64,000 nucleotides of DNA from an uncultured Myxococcales bacterium (GCA_903895725.1 CAITUV010000048.1:8474-72473), one strand, 5' to 3'. Numbered from the stretch's first letter, positions 18,201-29,187 are shown. The notes: generated by a model not told the origin, from the sequence alone. Made by a program: numbers and translations.

Positions 18201-19094
18201 ATGGTCATGCCTGGCCGCACTGCGCTTTTGGGATGGACGGTTCTGATGGTGACAGGGCTGGCCTCGTGCAGCAGCCAGTCCGAAGGCTCCGGAGGCCCTG
18301 AACACGAGGCTTCCTGCAAGTCCATCTGCCAGTTCCACGCCGAGTGCGAGAAGACCTGCTTCCTGGACGAGGAGCCCGACTGCGACGAGCAGAAGAACTA
18401 CGACTTCATCTTCGGCCAGTGCCAGCCGGCCTGCTCAGCGGGAGAGCCGCTGCTCGGCGGGGCCTGTGCGGGAGCCGCTGCAATGCTCGCCACATGCTTC
18501 GAGGGCAAGAGCTGCTCGGCTGGGCTCGGCGATGCCTGCCGCATCGATGACATGCGTTACCGGGAGCTGTGCCTCGAGAAACCCGGGGAGCATGTCTGCC
18601 GCAACTTCTCCGTCGAGCTCGAGATCGGCTGCCTTCCCTACGGGCTCTTCGGCTTTCGAGGCACCGGCTGCGAGGAGGCGTGTAAGGCCTCCGCAGCGGA
18701 CCTCGAGTGTCTCGAAGCGCACTATGCGCTGGACGAGTGCACCGAGGGGATGCTGTTCTCGTGCGGTGCCTGGAGCGGAGAGTGTGCTGACGAGGCAGGC
18801 GCCGTGGCCGAAGCATGCGAGGCCTGGCAGCCGGTCGAGCCGGAACCGGAGGAGCAGTCCTTCTGCGCCGGCATTGCTGAGCACCAGTGCGACTGCGGTC
18901 TGTTTTCCGGAGAAGAGTGCGTGACCCTGGCAGCGGGCCGATGTCTGTTTGCCCTCGGTCACGGGAGCGACTGCAGAAAGTCCATGGAGTCGTTCGACGC
19001 CTGCATGACAGGCATCGAGTCGTGCGACCGCGACAAGCTGCGGGACGAGTGTCTGCCCCAATGGGATGCCTGGAATGAGGCGTGCCACCAGTAG
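18201..19094 (+). CDS. Small cysteine-rich lipoprotein (297 aa, about 40 Cys) of unknown function.
   Basis: RBS 'AAGGGGGA' then ATG. 'MVMPGRTALLGWTVLMVTGLASCSS'. It starts 6 nt after the stop of the upstream gene. Confidence 0.75.
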   Translation: MVMPGRTALLGWTVLMVTGLASCSSQSEGSGGPEHEASCKSICQFHAECEKTCFLDEEPDCDEQKNYDFIFGQCQPACSAGEPLLGGACAGAAAMLATCFEGKSCSAGLGDACRIDDMRYRELCLEKPGEHVCRNFSVELEIGCLPYGLFGFRGTGCEEACKASAADLECLEAHYALDECTEGMLFSCGAWSGECADEAGAVAEACEAWQPVEPEPEEQSFCAGIAEHQCDCGLFSGEECVTLAAGRCLFALGHGSDCRKSMESFDACMTGIESCDRDKLRDECLPQWDAWNEACHQ

Positions 19095-19095
19095 C

Positions 19096-19117
19096 GGGGG
19101 CGGAGCGGGCGGCCCCC
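19096..19117 (+). terminator. Hairpin GGGGGC-(10 nt)-GCCCCC immediately after the stop at 19094.
   Basis: Perfect 6-bp GC stem read from the sequence. No U-tract. Confidence 0.25.
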
Positions 19118-19248
19118 TCGGCTGGCGGGAACGTCCGCACACCGGGCCCTCGGCACGCCGGGCTACACTTTGGAGCCCAGACCGACTAGAATCAATCAGG
19201 CGAGGAACCGGTCCCGGTCCTCGAGCTTCCCGGGGAGAGGAGGTCGGT

Positions 19249-22200
19249 ATGGAAAGACTCAGTCGACATCTCTGGCTTGTCTGCGGGATCGGCGGCGGCT
19301 TGCTGGCGTTCTCCTGCTCGTCGTCGAAGCCGGGGTCGAACCCGCATTTCGACATCGGACAACAAGACGTCCCGGGGGAAGACGGAAACGCTGACCGGGG
19401 CGGGCAGGACGAGCAGTTCGGCGACGGCACTCCACTACCCTATGACATCGGGGAGGCGGCGGCGTTGTGCATGCAGGAGCCGTTCGGGTTCGGCTGTCCA
19501 TGCGGAACCAATGCCCAGTGCGCCGGGGGGTTCTGCATGCAGAGTGAGTTCGGCTTCATCTGCACGCAGGAGTGCGTCGAGGAGTGCCCGGACCCGACCT
19601 ATGAATGCAAGGGCATCTCCGGCTTCGGCCCGGACGTGGTCTTCCTGTGCGTCCCCAAGGTCCAGCCCATGTGCCTGGAGTGTGAGCAGGACTACCAGTG
19701 CGGCGAGGGCGTCTGCGCCAAGATCGGGGACGGCAAGCATTGCACCGTGTCGTGCGGGCCGGACAAGCCCTGCCCGCTGGGCTACGTGTGCCCCGAGGGG
19801 ACCGTCGAGCCCACGTGCATGCCCGTCTCCGGGGATTGTGCGTGCATCCCCAAGACCGCTGGCGACCTGCGGACATGCGACGTGGTCAACGAGGACGGAG
19901 TCTGTGAAGGCGTCGAGGTGTGCGATGCCGAGCTGGGCTGGAGCGGGTGCACCGCAGGCGTTCCGGCTGCCGAGGTCTGTGACGGAGTCGACAACGACTG
20001 CAACGGAAAGGTGGACGACGCACTCGGAGCGCCTCCCGCCTGCAGTCAGGAGATTCCGGACGTGGGCAGCTGCCCGGGAGTGTCGATCTGCCTCGGTGCC
20101 GAGGGGTGGAAGTGCGATGCGCCCACGCCTTCGCCGGAAACCTGTGACTTCCAGGACAATGACTGCGACGGAGAGGTCGACGAGGACTTCAAGGCGGACG
20201 GGAAGTACGCGGCGCTGAACCACTGCGGAACGTGCAACCATGACTGTACCGGGACGCTGCCTCATGCCACGGCTTCCTGCGACGGGAGCAAGTCGATTCC
20301 GGTCTGCGTTGTGGAATCGTGCGACGAGGGTTACTTCCCGATCAACGAATTTCAGTGCCTCCCGCTGGGCCAGGTGCTGTGCAAGCCCTGCGCAGCCGAC
20401 ATCGAATGCCAGGGGGGAAGCTGCCTGGAGGTCTTTGGCGCGAGCTTCTGCTCGAAGAGCTGCGAAGCGGACCCCTGTCCCGAGACCTTTGAGTGCAAGG
20501 CGGTCGACGGTGCGGTGGGGCAGTGGTGTCTGCCCGTGACCGACACGTGCGACTGCTTCAGCGAGCTTGCGGGTACCGAGCGCCCCTGTCTCGCAACCGG
20601 CGATGAAGGGAGCTGTCCGGGCATGCAGACCTGCGACCCGCTGGTGGGATGGTCCGCATGCAGCGCCCAGCCACCGTCCGCCGAGGTTTGCGACGGGCTG
20701 GACAACGACTGCGACGGGGTCCCGGACGACGGCCTGGGAAACGCGGAGGCCTGCACCAAGTCCACTCCCGGCATCGGCACGTGCGACGGGGTGAAATACT
20801 GTGCGGGAGCGCCAGGGTGGGTGTGCGACGCACCGCAGCCCGCGCTCGAGACGTGCGACTACCTGGACAACGACTGTGACGGCGAGGTGGACGAGGGGTT
20901 CGTGATTGACGGCAAGTACACCACGGCGCAGCACTGCGGCGCCTGCAACAAGAGCTGCGACGGTGCGCTGCCCCACGCCACTGCCTACTGCGACACCTTT
21001 GCCCCCGTGCCCTCGTGCCGGGTGCTCGAGTGCGACCCGGGCTACTACAAGCTCAACGACCTGCAGTGCATCCTGCCCCAGGACACGGCCTGCAGTCAGT
21101 GCCTCGGGGACGATGAGTGCTTCTTCGCCAAGTGCGTGCCGCTGGCGGACGGCTCATTCTGCCTGAATCCGTGCGACGAGGGAGCCTGTGCCGAGGGATT
21201 CCAGTGCGAGGTCATCGAGGGCATCGGTGAAGCGTGCGTCCCGGACAGCGGAAGCTGCCTGTGCACCGAGGCGTCGAAGGGAACTCAGAAAGGATGCAGT
21301 CTCGGAAACGAGCACGGAGTGTGCTTCGGGTACGAGACGTGCGACCCGCCGCTTGGGTGGACAGGGTGCACCGCAGCGGTCCCTGCGGCAGAGGAGTGCG
21401 ACGGCGTGGACAGCGACTGTGATGGGCTCGTGGACGAGGGGCTTCCCGTCTCGCAGCCGTGCGACAACTCCAATGAGTTCGGAAGCTGTGCGGGGGAAGC
21501 CGTATGCTTTGGCCAGCAGGGGTGGCAGTGCCTGGCTGCCGTGCCGGTGGCGGAGCTCTGCAATTACAAGGACGATGACTGCGACGGGCTCGTGGACGAG
21601 GACTTCCGCGACGACGGGAAGTACACGAAGCTCGAGCACTGCGGGGTGTGCAACAACGACTGCACCGGCTCGATTCCGAACGCCACGGCCAAATGCGACA
21701 CGACGTATCTCCAGCCCAAGTGCGTCGTGGACCTTTGCGACGCAGGGTATGTCGCTGCCGGTCCATTCCAGTGCCTGAAGCCGCTCGACACCACGTGCCA
21801 GGCGTGCAAGAGCAATGCCGACTGCCTCGGGGGCGAGTGCGTGACCATCGACGGAGCCTTGCGGTGTGCGGCCGCGTGTGCGGACGATTCGGGCTGCGGA
21901 GGCGAGAACGCCTGCCTGCCTTACCCGGGCCTGGGCAAGCTCTGCCAGCCGATGTCGGGCAGCTGCGAATGCAACTCCGCATCCGCCGGAGGCAAGCAGT
22001 GGTGCTCCAGCTCCAATGAGTTCGGTACCTGCGTCGGCTTCAGGACGTGTGACCCAGCGAAGGGCTGGTCGGACTGCAACGCGGCCCTGGCCAAGCCCGA
22101 GGAGTGCAACGGCCTGGACGACAACTGCAACTCGCTGGTCGACGACGGGCTTCCCGAGAGCAAGGACTGCGAGAAGGGAAACCAATGGGGCTCCTGCAAG

Positions 22201-24651
22201 GGAATGGCCGTTTGCCTCGGGAATCTGGGGTGGGTCTGCCAGGCGCTTGAAGCTCAGCCGGAGATTTGTGATTTCAAGGACAATGACTGCGATACGCTGG
22301 TGGACGAGGACTTCAAGGATGCGATGGGCAAGTACTCCACCTTCGAGCATTGCGGTTCCTGCAACGTGTCGTGCAAGTTCGGATTCCCCAACGCAACGGC
22401 CGTGTGCGACGCAAAGCTCGACGCTCCGGAGTGCGTCGTCGAGTCCTGCAACCCCGGGTACTACAAGATTAACGCGTACCAGTGCGTGGCCAACACCTCC
22501 AAGCTCTGCGACTCGTGCGTGATCGACGACAACTGCGGCGGAGACGGTGCCCTCTGCATCCAGCTCCCAGAGGGCAAGTACTGCGGAAAGACCTGCAAGG
22601 GCAACGCCGACTGTCCGGCCGGGTACGGCTGCAAGCCGTTCGCAGGGAGCCTGCAATGCGTACCGCTCACCAACTCGTGCGAGTGCGACGGGAGCAACAC
22701 TCAGCTCTCGAAGAAGTGCTCTGCCACGTGGCCTCCCGAGCCTGCGGAGGGCGAGTCGTTTGTCGTATGTTACGGAACGCAGGCCTGCACGGCGCAGGGG
22801 TGGACCGAATGTCAGCTTCCCGACGACGTGTGCGATGCCCTGGACAACGACTGCAACGGGGCCATCGACGACGGCTTCCTGGTCGATGGAAAGTACGTGG
22901 ACGATACCAACTGCGGCCAGTGCGGCAACAACTGCACGTTCCTGCAGTTCCCGAATGCAATCGGCGTATGCGATGCCCAGAAGGCGGTACCGGACTGCGT
23001 GATGGATTGCCAGCCCGGCTGGCAGGACGTCAACGACAATCCGGCCGACGGGTGCGAGTGCTTCCCTCTCCCGGGTCCCGACGTCCCGGACGGTATCGAC
23101 CAGAACTGTGATGGCGTGGACGGCCAGATCGATGCAGCAATCTTCGTTGCCAAGAACGGGTCGGACCTGAGCCCCGGGACCATCGATGCCCCCATGCTGA
23201 CTCTGACCGCGGCAATCGCCAGATCCCTTCAGACTGGGAAGAGCGACGTCTACGTGGCCACGGGAGTCTACAGCGGTTCGATCCAGCTCAAACCCGGAGT
23301 GCGCCTCTACGGCGGATACACATCGGATTTCAAGAAGCACGACTCCATCCTGGCCGAGACGGTCATCATGGGCGGTGCGTATTCGGCCGAGTCCCCGGGG
23401 GCGGTGAATGCCATTGGCATCAGCGGCGGGCCGGGGACGACCGTGCTGGCCGGGTTCACCGTATTCGGAAAGAACAACAACACGCCCGGAGGAAGCAGCT
23501 ACGCTCTGTACGTCCGCAACTGCACCAATGCGCTCGTGGTGTCCGACAATCGAGTCGTGAGCGGGGCCGGCGGCAACGGCAGCGGCGGTCTGAGCGGTGC
23601 CAACGGGGTGAGCGGTCAGGCCGGCAGCAACGGGGGCAATGCGTACGGGGTGAACACCGGCAACTGCGGCTCGGTGCAGCCTCCGTTCCCGCGGCCGGGA
23701 GGAGGTGGCGGTGCCGGCACCTGCAATGCGGGGAGTGCCACGGCCGGCGGACAGGGTGGGGGGAACACCTGCCCAAGCACCTACAATGCGGCCCCGGTGG
23801 CCTACGAGAACGGCTCAGCCGGCTCGGGTACCGCACCGGGAGGAGGCGGTGCGGGCGGATACGACCGCGAGGTATGGTACTGCAGCAGCTTCCCAGGGGG
23901 CGAGTGCCACCAGGCGACCGGCGGAAACGAAGTCGGCAACGCGGGGGCAATGGGCGGAATCGGTTCGAACGGAAACACGGCAAGCGGGAACGGTTGCTCG
24001 GCGGCTGCGGCCCAGGGACAGCTGGTCGGCGGTCTATGGGGAGGCGGTGGCGGGCTCGCCGGAGGGAACGGCGCCAATGGCAGCGGTGGCGGTGGCGGCG
24101 GTGCGGGGGGCGGGGCGCAGGACGGCTCCGGATGCTCTGGAAGGACCCAGGTCGGCGGCACCGGAGGCGGCGGAGGGTCGGGTGGTTGCGGCGGAACGGG
24201 CGGTGCGGGCGGTGCCCCGGGCGGCGGCTCGTTCGGCCTGTTCATCGTATGGGATGCACCGCCCGCAACCATTCCCCAGGTGATGTACAACGGGTTTGAC
24301 GGCAGCGTGGGCGGCGCAGGCGGCTCCGGTGGCAACGGCGGCTCTGGCGGGCCGGGCGGTGCCGGCGGCTCCGGTGGTGCCGAGGACTATGCCAACGCCA
24401 AGTGCGCTGCACCCGGCGGCAACGGCGGCAATGGTGGCAACGGCGGACACGGCGAGGGCGGTGGGGGCGGCTGCGGCGGTGCCTCCTACTGCATCTTCGC
24501 ATCCGGCCAGGGGGGAGCCAGCCTCGCTGCCTACAAGGATTCCAACTCGTTCGTTGTCGGAGCCGGAGGCCCGGGAGGTGCCGGTGGTGCTTCGATCGGC
24601 AACCCGGGAGATCCGGGGCAGGCCGGAGCAGCAGCCAACGCCAACTACTGA
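19249..24651 (+). CDS. Third giant cysteine-rich lipoprotein paralog (about 1800 aa) with MopE-like CDGxDNDCDG modules, a beta-helix and a poly-Gly tail.
   Basis: The track ORF starts at 19066. An in-frame ATG at 19249 is preceded by 'GGGGAGAGGAGG' and followed by 'MERLSRHLWLVCGIGGGLLAFSCSSS' (lipobox). 'EVCDGVDNDCNGKVDD', 'ETCDFQDNDCDGEVDEDF', 'ETCDYLDNDCDGEVDEGF', 'EICDFKDNDCDTLVDEDF'. 'NCDGVDGQIDAAIFVAKNGSDLSPGTIDAPMLTLTAAIA...VYVATGVYSGSIQL'. Gly tail with 'GGGGGGAGGGAQDGSGC' and 'GGGGGCGGASYCIFASG'. Confidence 0.9.
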   Translation: MERLSRHLWLVCGIGGGLLAFSCSSSKPGSNPHFDIGQQDVPGEDGNADRGGQDEQFGDGTPLPYDIGEAAALCMQEPFGFGCPCGTNAQCAGGFCMQSEFGFICTQECVEECPDPTYECKGISGFGPDVVFLCVPKVQPMCLECEQDYQCGEGVCAKIGDGKHCTVSCGPDKPCPLGYVCPEGTVEPTCMPVSGDCACIPKTAGDLRTCDVVNEDGVCEGVEVCDAELGWSGCTAGVPAAEVCDGVDNDCNGKVDDALGAPPACSQEIPDVGSCPGVSICLGAEGWKCDAPTPSPETCDFQDNDCDGEVDEDFKADGKYAALNHCGTCNHDCTGTLPHATASCDGSKSIPVCVVESCDEGYFPINEFQCLPLGQVLCKPCAADIECQGGSCLEVFGASFCSKSCEADPCPETFECKAVDGAVGQWCLPVTDTCDCFSELAGTERPCLATGDEGSCPGMQTCDPLVGWSACSAQPPSAEVCDGLDNDCDGVPDDGLGNAEACTKSTPGIGTCDGVKYCAGAPGWVCDAPQPALETCDYLDNDCDGEVDEGFVIDGKYTTAQHCGACNKSCDGALPHATAYCDTFAPVPSCRVLECDPGYYKLNDLQCILPQDTACSQCLGDDECFFAKCVPLADGSFCLNPCDEGACAEGFQCEVIEGIGEACVPDSGSCLCTEASKGTQKGCSLGNEHGVCFGYETCDPPLGWTGCTAAVPAAEECDGVDSDCDGLVDEGLPVSQPCDNSNEFGSCAGEAVCFGQQGWQCLAAVPVAELCNYKDDDCDGLVDEDFRDDGKYTKLEHCGVCNNDCTGSIPNATAKCDTTYLQPKCVVDLCDAGYVAAGPFQCLKPLDTTCQACKSNADCLGGECVTIDGALRCAAACADDSGCGGENACLPYPGLGKLCQPMSGSCECNSASAGGKQWCSSSNEFGTCVGFRTCDPAKGWSDCNAALAKPEECNGLDDNCNSLVDDGLPESKDCEKGNQWGSCKGMAVCLGNLGWVCQALEAQPEICDFKDNDCDTLVDEDFKDAMGKYSTFEHCGSCNVSCKFGFPNATAVCDAKLDAPECVVESCNPGYYKINAYQCVANTSKLCDSCVIDDNCGGDGALCIQLPEGKYCGKTCKGNADCPAGYGCKPFAGSLQCVPLTNSCECDGSNTQLSKKCSATWPPEPAEGESFVVCYGTQACTAQGWTECQLPDDVCDALDNDCNGAIDDGFLVDGKYVDDTNCGQCGNNCTFLQFPNAIGVCDAQKAVPDCVMDCQPGWQDVNDNPADGCECFPLPGPDVPDGIDQNCDGVDGQIDAAIFVAKNGSDLSPGTIDAPMLTLTAAIARSLQTGKSDVYVATGVYSGSIQLKPGVRLYGGYTSDFKKHDSILAETVIMGGAYSAESPGAVNAIGISGGPGTTVLAGFTVFGKNNNTPGGSSYALYVRNCTNALVVSDNRVVSGAGGNGSGGLSGANGVSGQAGSNGGNAYGVNTGNCGSVQPPFPRPGGGGGAGTCNAGSATAGGQGGGNTCPSTYNAAPVAYENGSAGSGTAPGGGGAGGYDREVWYCSSFPGGECHQATGGNEVGNAGAMGGIGSNGNTASGNGCSAAAAQGQLVGGLWGGGGGLAGGNGANGSGGGGGGAGGGAQDGSGCSGRTQVGGTGGGGGSGGCGGTGGAGGAPGGGSFGLFIVWDAPPATIPQVMYNGFDGSVGGAGGSGGNGGSGGPGGAGGSGGAEDYANAKCAAPGGNGGNGGNGGHGEGGGGGCGGASYCIFASGQGGASLAAYKDSNSFVVGAGGPGGAGGASIGNPGDPGQAGAAANANY

Positions 24652-24797
24652 GAGCGTGGCCAACGCAGCCGACTGGAAAGCGTATCCCTCCGTCCGGGGC
24701 ACCCTGCGCTGCGCGACCCTGGCGCAGTGGGTAGCTCCCGCCGCCCCCGACTGGATCCGCTCACCCGCATGCAGACTGGCCCAAGTAACTCCATACA

Positions 24798-24826
24798 TTG
24801 ACTTGCGGACGAACAAGCGCTATTGG
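24798..24826 (+). promoter_or_regulatory. Candidate promoter for the nuo operon (TTGACT - 17 nt - TATTGG).
   Basis: -35 is 5/6 to consensus; -10 is weak. It lies 28 nt upstream of the nuoA ATG, with a GGAGG RBS in between. Confidence 0.2.
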
Positions 24827-24853
24827 TGCGCGCCGATTTGGTGCGGAGGTTCC

Positions 24854-25255
24854 ATGCTGTTCGACTTCGCCAATGTTCTCGTCTTTCTCCTGGTGTCGTG
24901 CGTCTTCGTCGGAGGCGCTCTGCTGGTTGGATCGCTCATCCGGCCCAAGGCGCCGAATCCGGACAAGGCCACCGTGTACGAATGCGGCGAGCGGCCCATC
25001 GGCAAGGCCTGGTTCAACTTCAATCCCCGCTTTTACCTGCTGGCCCTGGTGTTCATCCTCTTCGATGTCGAGATTGCCCTGACCTACCCGGTTGCGGCCG
25101 TGTTCCGAAGCTGGAACGAGGAGGGGAACGGAACGGTGGCACTCATCGAGCTCCTGCTCTTCCTGCTCATCCTGCTCGTCGGGTTGGCGTTCGTCTGGGG
25201 GAAGGGGAATCTGAGCTTCAACCGGAAGATCGACGAGCCGGAGGTGAAGGGATGA
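24854..25255 (+). CDS. nuoA: NADH-quinone oxidoreductase subunit A
   Basis: '[16 protein letters not shown]...[34 protein letters not shown]'. RBS GGAGG. The track ORF extends upstream without support. Confidence 0.9.
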   Translation: MLFDFANVLVFLLVSCVFVGGALLVGSLIRPKAPNPDKATVYECGERPIGKAWFNFNPRFYLLALVFILFDVEIALTYPVAAVFRSWNEEGNGTVALIELLLFLLILLVGLAFVWGKGNLSFNRKIDEPEVKG

Positions 25256-25743
25256 ACGACGAGGCGAGAGTCCTCACGACCAAGGTGGACTGGCTCCTGA
25301 ACTGGGGGCGCTGGAACTCGCTCTGGTATCTGCTCTTCGGAACGGCCTGCTGCGGAATCGAGCTCATGCAGACCGGAGGTCCGAGGGCGGATGTGGACCG
25401 GTTCGGTGCCGTTCCACGGGCGGTTCCCCGACAGTCGGATCTCATGATCGTTGCCGGCGCCGTGACCTACAAGATGGCCGAGCGCGTCCGGCTGCTGTAC
25501 GACCAGATGCCCGAGCCCAAGTACGTCATCGCCATGGGCTCCTGCGCCAATTGCGGGGGGCTGTTCACCCGAAGCTACTCGGTCGTGAAGGGGGTGGACC
25601 TCGTCATCCCGGTGGACATCTACCTGCCAGGGTGCGCACCGAGGCCCGAGGCGTTGACCGACGCCATTCTCAAAATCCAGAAGAAGATCCAGTCCGAGCG
25701 CTGGGTCGACAAGAGGAGGCCGTTGGCCCATGGACGCACGTGA
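25252..25743 (+). CDS. nuoB: NADH-quinone oxidoreductase subunit B (20 kDa, Fe-S N2)
   Basis: '[12 protein letters not shown]...MGSCANCGG...LPGCAPRPE'. ATGA overlap with the nuoA stop. Confidence 0.9.
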   Translation: MNDEARVLTTKVDWLLNWGRWNSLWYLLFGTACCGIELMQTGGPRADVDRFGAVPRAVPRQSDLMIVAGAVTYKMAERVRLLYDQMPEPKYVIAMGSCANCGGLFTRSYSVVKGVDLVIPVDIYLPGCAPRPEALTDAILKIQKKIQSERWVDKRRPLAHGRT

Positions 25744-26233
25744 AATTGCCGAACGGCTCCAGGCGAAGTTCGGGGGCGACAGCGTGACCGTGACCGCTCC
25801 CGCCGTGGGGGATGCCGCCGTCGTCGTGAAGACGGCCCTGCTCCTCGATGTCTGCCGTTTCCTCAAGTCGGAACCGGAGCTCGGCTTCGACTACCTGCGG
25901 TGCGTCAGCGGCGTGGATCTCAAGGACCGGATGGAATCGGTCTACCACCTCTACTCGATGAAGGTCGGGCACGGCCTGGTCGTGAAGGTGGTGCTGGACC
26001 GGGCAGCTCCCGAGGTCGCGTCGGTCGAGTCGGTGTGGAAGAGCGCCAACTGGTTCGAGCGGGAGTCCTATGACCTGCTCGGAATCCGGTACACGGGGCA
26101 TCCGAACCTGGAGCGCGTGATGATGCCCAGGGACTGGGTGGGGCATCCGCTCCGAAAGGACTATGTGGAAGCGGAGTCATACCACGGCATTCCGACGTCC
26201 CGGCCCGACCCGGTTGGAGGAAAGGATGCTTGA
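25730..26233 (+). CDS. nuoC: NADH-quinone oxidoreductase subunit C (30 kDa)
   Basis: '[24 protein letters not shown]'. RBS GAGGAGG. Confidence 0.9.
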   Translation: MDAREIAERLQAKFGGDSVTVTAPAVGDAAVVVKTALLLDVCRFLKSEPELGFDYLRCVSGVDLKDRMESVYHLYSMKVGHGLVVKVVLDRAAPEVASVESVWKSANWFERESYDLLGIRYTGHPNLERVMMPRDWVGHPLRKDYVEAESYHGIPTSRPDPVGGKDA

Positions 26234-27356
26234 GCCCAAGGCAGTACCCATCGATGGAATGTTGCGGATCAACATGGGGCCGCAGCATCCGGCCACTCAC
26301 GGCGTGATCAGCTTCATCGTCGAGACCGACGGTGAGGTCATGCGCAAGGCCACAGCGGACGTCGGCTTCCTCCATCGGGGAGTCGAGAAGATGGCCGAGA
26401 TCACGTCTTATCCCGGCTTCATGCCCTACACCGACCGTGTCGACTATCTGGCTTCCATGTTCGCCAATCACGGGTATGCGATGGCCGTGGAGAAGCTCCT
26501 CGGCGTGGAAGTGCCGAAGAAGGCCGAGTGGCTTCGCGTGATTGCCGATGAGCTCAATCGAATCGCCAGCCACCTCGTGGCAACGGGGACCATGGCCATG
26601 GACCTCGGCGCCTTCACCCCATTCACGCATTGGATTCGGGAGCGGGAGTCGATCAACGACTTCATGGAGCACATCTGCGGTGCCCGCCTCACCTACAATT
26701 ACATGCGCGTCGGGGGCGTGTGCGCGGATTGGCCCGTGGGGCTGTCCGAGAAGATTCTGGTGTGGCTGGACCACTTCGAGCCGATCATCGAGGAGTTCAA
26801 CCGGCTCATCACGGGCAACGAGATTTTCATCCGCCGCCTGGCCAATGTGGCCGTGATTCCGGCCGAGCTGGCCATTGATTGGGCACTGTCCGGTCCGAAC
26901 CTGCGGGCCTCGGGAGTCCCGTTCGACCTGCGCCGGAGCGAACCGTACTCGATCTACCCGGAGCTCCAGTTCGACGTGCCCGTCGGGCAGGGAACCCAGG
27001 GCACGGTCGGCGACAGCTACGACCGGTTCTGGGTGCGCATCCTGGAGATGCGCGAGTCGTGCCGCATCCTGCGGCAGCTGCTGGCCGGGATCCCCGAAGG
27101 GGACTTCAAGGCCAAGGTGGCCCGGACGCTCAAGGTTCCTGCGGGAGAGGTGTACTCCAAGGTCGAGAGCGCCCGCGGCGAGATCGGGTATTTCCTGGTG
27201 GCCGACGGAAGTGACCGCCCTGTTCGGGTGAAGATCCGGACGGGCTCGTTCACGGCCGTCGCGCTCATCGAGCCCATCAGCCCCGGGCTGATGCTGGCGG
27301 ACCTGGTAGCGGTCATCGGATCGCTGGACATCGTGGCACCGGAGATCGACCGATGA
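26226..27356 (+). CDS. nuoD: NADH-quinone oxidoreductase subunit D (49 kDa)
   Basis: '[16 protein letters not shown]...HRGVEKMAE'. RBS GGAGGAAAGG before ATG 26226. The track start at 26163 lies inside nuoC. Confidence 0.9.
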   Translation: MLEPKAVPIDGMLRINMGPQHPATHGVISFIVETDGEVMRKATADVGFLHRGVEKMAEITSYPGFMPYTDRVDYLASMFANHGYAMAVEKLLGVEVPKKAEWLRVIADELNRIASHLVATGTMAMDLGAFTPFTHWIRERESINDFMEHICGARLTYNYMRVGGVCADWPVGLSEKILVWLDHFEPIIEEFNRLITGNEIFIRRLANVAVIPAELAIDWALSGPNLRASGVPFDLRRSEPYSIYPELQFDVPVGQGTQGTVGDSYDRFWVRILEMRESCRILRQLLAGIPEGDFKAKVARTLKVPAGEVYSKVESARGEIGYFLVADGSDRPVRVKIRTGSFTAVALIEPISPGLMLADLVAVIGSLDIVAPEIDR

Positions 27357-28615
27357 GACAACTGGCGGATGCTTTGCTCGTCACCCTGCTGGGCGTGGAC
27401 CCGGCGACCTGGCCGTATGCGTGGGTCGTCTACGGCGCCGTGATGCTGGCTTCGGCTGCCCTGGCCATGACGTTCGTTGCCCTGTTTGCCGGGCCGGTGA
27501 CCGTGGTCGAGCGCCGGGTGGCGGGCCGGATGATGAGCCGCATCGGCCCCAACCGGGTCGGCCCTCAGGGGGTGATCCAGTGGCTGGCCGACGGGCTCAA
27601 GTGCTTCCTGAAGGAGGACCTCATTCCGGATGCTGCGGACCGGCCGCTCTTCCGGCTGGCTCCCTACCTCGTGTTTGGCGGCATGTTCGGGACCTTCGTG
27701 GTGCTCCCGTTCGGTGCCCACCTGGTGGCAGCGGATCTCAACGTGGGGGTGCTGTACCTCTTCGCCATCTCCTCCATCGTGGTCGTGGGGATCCTGGCCG
27801 CAGGCTGGTCGTCGAATTCCAAGTGGGGTCTGTTCGGCGCCTTCCGGTCGGCCGCGCAGATCATCTCGTACGAGGTACCCAGTGCCCTGTCGGCGCTGAC
27901 GGTCGTGCTGTTCGCCGGGACACTGTCGCTGCAGGGGATCATCCGGGAGCAGGGGGGAATGCCGTGGGACTGGTTCGTGGTCCGGACCCCCTTCACCTTT
28001 GCTGCGTTCTTCCTGTTCTTCACCTCTGCCCTTGCCGAGGGGAACCGGACTCCATTCGATCTGCCCGAGGCGGAATCGGAGCTCGTGGCCGGCTATCACA
28101 CCGAGTACTCGGGGATGCGGTTCCTCTTCTTCCTGTTTGCCGAGTGGGCCAACCTGTGGATCATGTCCGCCGTGGCGACGGCCTGCTTCCTGGGAGGATG
28201 GAACATTCCCGGAGTGAGCCCGGCGACCATCGATTCGGCAACCGGCCTGTCGTTCTGGGGATTGCAGCTCCTGTCGTTCATCGTGTTTGCGGCCAAGACA
28301 TCGGCACTGGTCTTCATCGTGATCCAGCTTCGGTGGACGCTGCCCCGGCTACGAATCGACCAGCTTCTTGAGATGTGCTGGAAGTACCTGGTCCCCCTCT
28401 CCTTCGCCTGCCTGCTGGGCGTGATGATCTGGGCCTGGGGCGTGACCGTCGGGTCCCTCGTGGACCTGGGAATGCGGCTGGTGATGACCTGCGTTGGAGC
28501 CGGCATCGCATTCCACTACGCAAGGCGCGTGCGGTTCAACTACATGGCGGACCGGGACAACTACCTGAAGATGACGGGGAAGGAGCTATGGTATCCACCG
28601 TACAGACTGCCGTAG
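27353..28615 (+). CDS. nuoH: NADH-quinone oxidoreductase subunit H (membrane arm). Unusually long at 420 aa.
   Basis: '[25 protein letters not shown]...[29 protein letters not shown]'. ATGA overlap with the nuoD stop. Follows nuoD directly, with no nuoEFG. Confidence 0.9.
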   Translation: MRQLADALLVTLLGVDPATWPYAWVVYGAVMLASAALAMTFVALFAGPVTVVERRVAGRMMSRIGPNRVGPQGVIQWLADGLKCFLKEDLIPDAADRPLFRLAPYLVFGGMFGTFVVLPFGAHLVAADLNVGVLYLFAISSIVVVGILAAGWSSNSKWGLFGAFRSAAQIISYEVPSALSALTVVLFAGTLSLQGIIREQGGMPWDWFVVRTPFTFAAFFLFFTSALAEGNRTPFDLPEAESELVAGYHTEYSGMRFLFFLFAEWANLWIMSAVATACFLGGWNIPGVSPATIDSATGLSFWGLQLLSFIVFAAKTSALVFIVIQLRWTLPRLRIDQLLEMCWKYLVPLSFACLLGVMIWAWGVTVGSLVDLGMRLVMTCVGAGIAFHYARRVRFNYMADRDNYLKMTGKELWYPPYRLP

Positions 28616-29187
28616 GGCAATACCTCCGCAACATCTCGAACGCGGTCTTCTCGACGTTCGAAGGGATGGCGGTGACCATGAGCTGGATGTTCCGGCGGCC
28701 CATGACAATCCAGTACCCGGACAAGATCGAGAAGCCCATCGAGGAGACCTTGCCGGACTGCTACCGGGGAATCCTCGAGGTGGACACGGGGGTCTGCACC
28801 GGCTGCACGGCGTGCATGAAGGCCTGCCCGATCCAGTGCATCCGCATCGAGGTGGGCAAGAACGCGGAAACTGCGGAGCGCTTCCTCCAGCGCTTCGACA
28901 TCTACGTCGCCCGCTGCATGTTCTGCGGCCTCTGCTCCGAAGCGTGCCCGACCGGAGCCATCCACCACACGTCCCACTTTGAGATTGCCAACGACAAGCT
29001 GGACAACCTGTTGCTCCACTACGTGCCGGGCGAGCCGATTCCCGTCTACAAGCCGAAAAAGGACGTGGAGCCGGTGCGGCAGCCCAAGGGGCAGCCCTAC
29101 CTGGCCGTCCGGGCCCTCTGCGCCCACGCGTGGCGCAAGGAAGACCACCCGGATGGCAGCGCTCCGGCCGGGGGAGGGCCCAAATGA
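28588..29187 (+). CDS. nuoI: NADH-quinone oxidoreductase subunit I (2x[4Fe-4S])
   Basis: 'CTGCTACMKACP' and 'CMFCGLCSEACP' ferredoxin motifs. RBS GGGGAAGGAG. Confidence 0.9.
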   Translation: MVSTVQTAVGQYLRNISNAVFSTFEGMAVTMSWMFRRPMTIQYPDKIEKPIEETLPDCYRGILEVDTGVCTGCTACMKACPIQCIRIEVGKNAETAERFLQRFDIYVARCMFCGLCSEACPTGAIHHTSHFEIANDKLDNLLLHYVPGEPIPVYKPKKDVEPVRQPKGQPYLAVRALCAHAWRKEDHPDGSAPAGGGPK

